DNA of 64,000 nucleotides from Macrostomum lignano (lineage: Eukaryota). The notes under the pieces are model-generated. The model worked only from the letters and a program-made list of their open reading frames with translations. It did not search any database and was not told the DNA's origin. Positions 63,525 through 64,000 of this stretch are shown here, piece after piece (the first letter of the stretch is position 1; the number at the start of each line of letters is the position of its first letter). A program made the position numbers and the translations under genes. Location of the stretch: NCBI GenBank assembly GCA_002269645.1, contig NIVC01002705.1:62001-126000 (forward strand), in the 5' to 3' direction.

Positions 63525-64000
63525 AGCTGTCACCCTAGCATCAGCAGCAGCTGTCACCCCAACATCAGCAGCTGTCACCCCAACATCAGCACCAGCTGTC
63601 ACCCCAACATCAGCAGCTGTCACCCCAACATCAGCAGCAACTGTCACCCCAACATCAGCAGCTGTCACCCCAACATCAGCACCAGCTGTCACCCCAACAT
63701 CAGCAGCAGCTGTCACCCCAACATCAGCACCAGCTGTCACCCCAACATCAGCAGCAGCTGTCACCCCAACATCAGCAGCATTCGTCACCCCAACATCAGC
63801 AGCAGCTGTCACCCCAACATCAGCAGCATTCGTCACCCCAACATCAGCAGCAGCTGTCACCCCAACATCAGCAGCAGCTGTCACCCCAACATCAGCACCA
63901 GCTGTCACCCCAACATCAGCACCAGCTGTCACCCCAACATCAGCAGCAGCTGTCAACCCAACATCAGCAGCATCCGTCACCCCAACATCAGCAGCAGCAT
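63525..64000. repeat. 24/21-bp minisatellite (cagcagcagctgtcaccccaacat) in a PICK1 intron, running off the window
   Basis: Tandem copies visible. Confidence 0.95.

Overview
Eukaryotic (animal) genomic DNA: GC-rich spliced coding exons sit in AT-rich spacers, and many introns hold their own private minisatellite. This style suggests a free-living flatworm such as Macrostomum (inference, not verified). Genes supported from hand-spliced models: a peptide-type class A GPCR (-); a secreted PAN-like + fibrinogen-C protein broken by a 15-nt duplication that inserts an in-frame TGA (-); an intronless TATA-box orphan gene (-); SRP receptor alpha (+); a locus ending in a highly divergent ETS-like domain, with a small COX6C-like ORF inside or beside it (+); a 95-aa secreted six-cysteine protein (+); an aminergic GPCR (+); and the 3' part of PICK1 (-), which has a tandemly duplicated exon and hosts an antisense nested F-type lectin gene. 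Mobile DNA: a hAT-like MITE (8-bp TSD), a Gypsy LTR element with identical LTRs and an internal inversion/duplication, a Mutator-like element (9-bp TSD) with one TIR expanded into a minisatellite, two RTE-like LINE fragments and a tRNA-derived SINE. No CRISPR, rRNA or true tRNA genes were seen. Repeat boundaries are approximate, read by eye.
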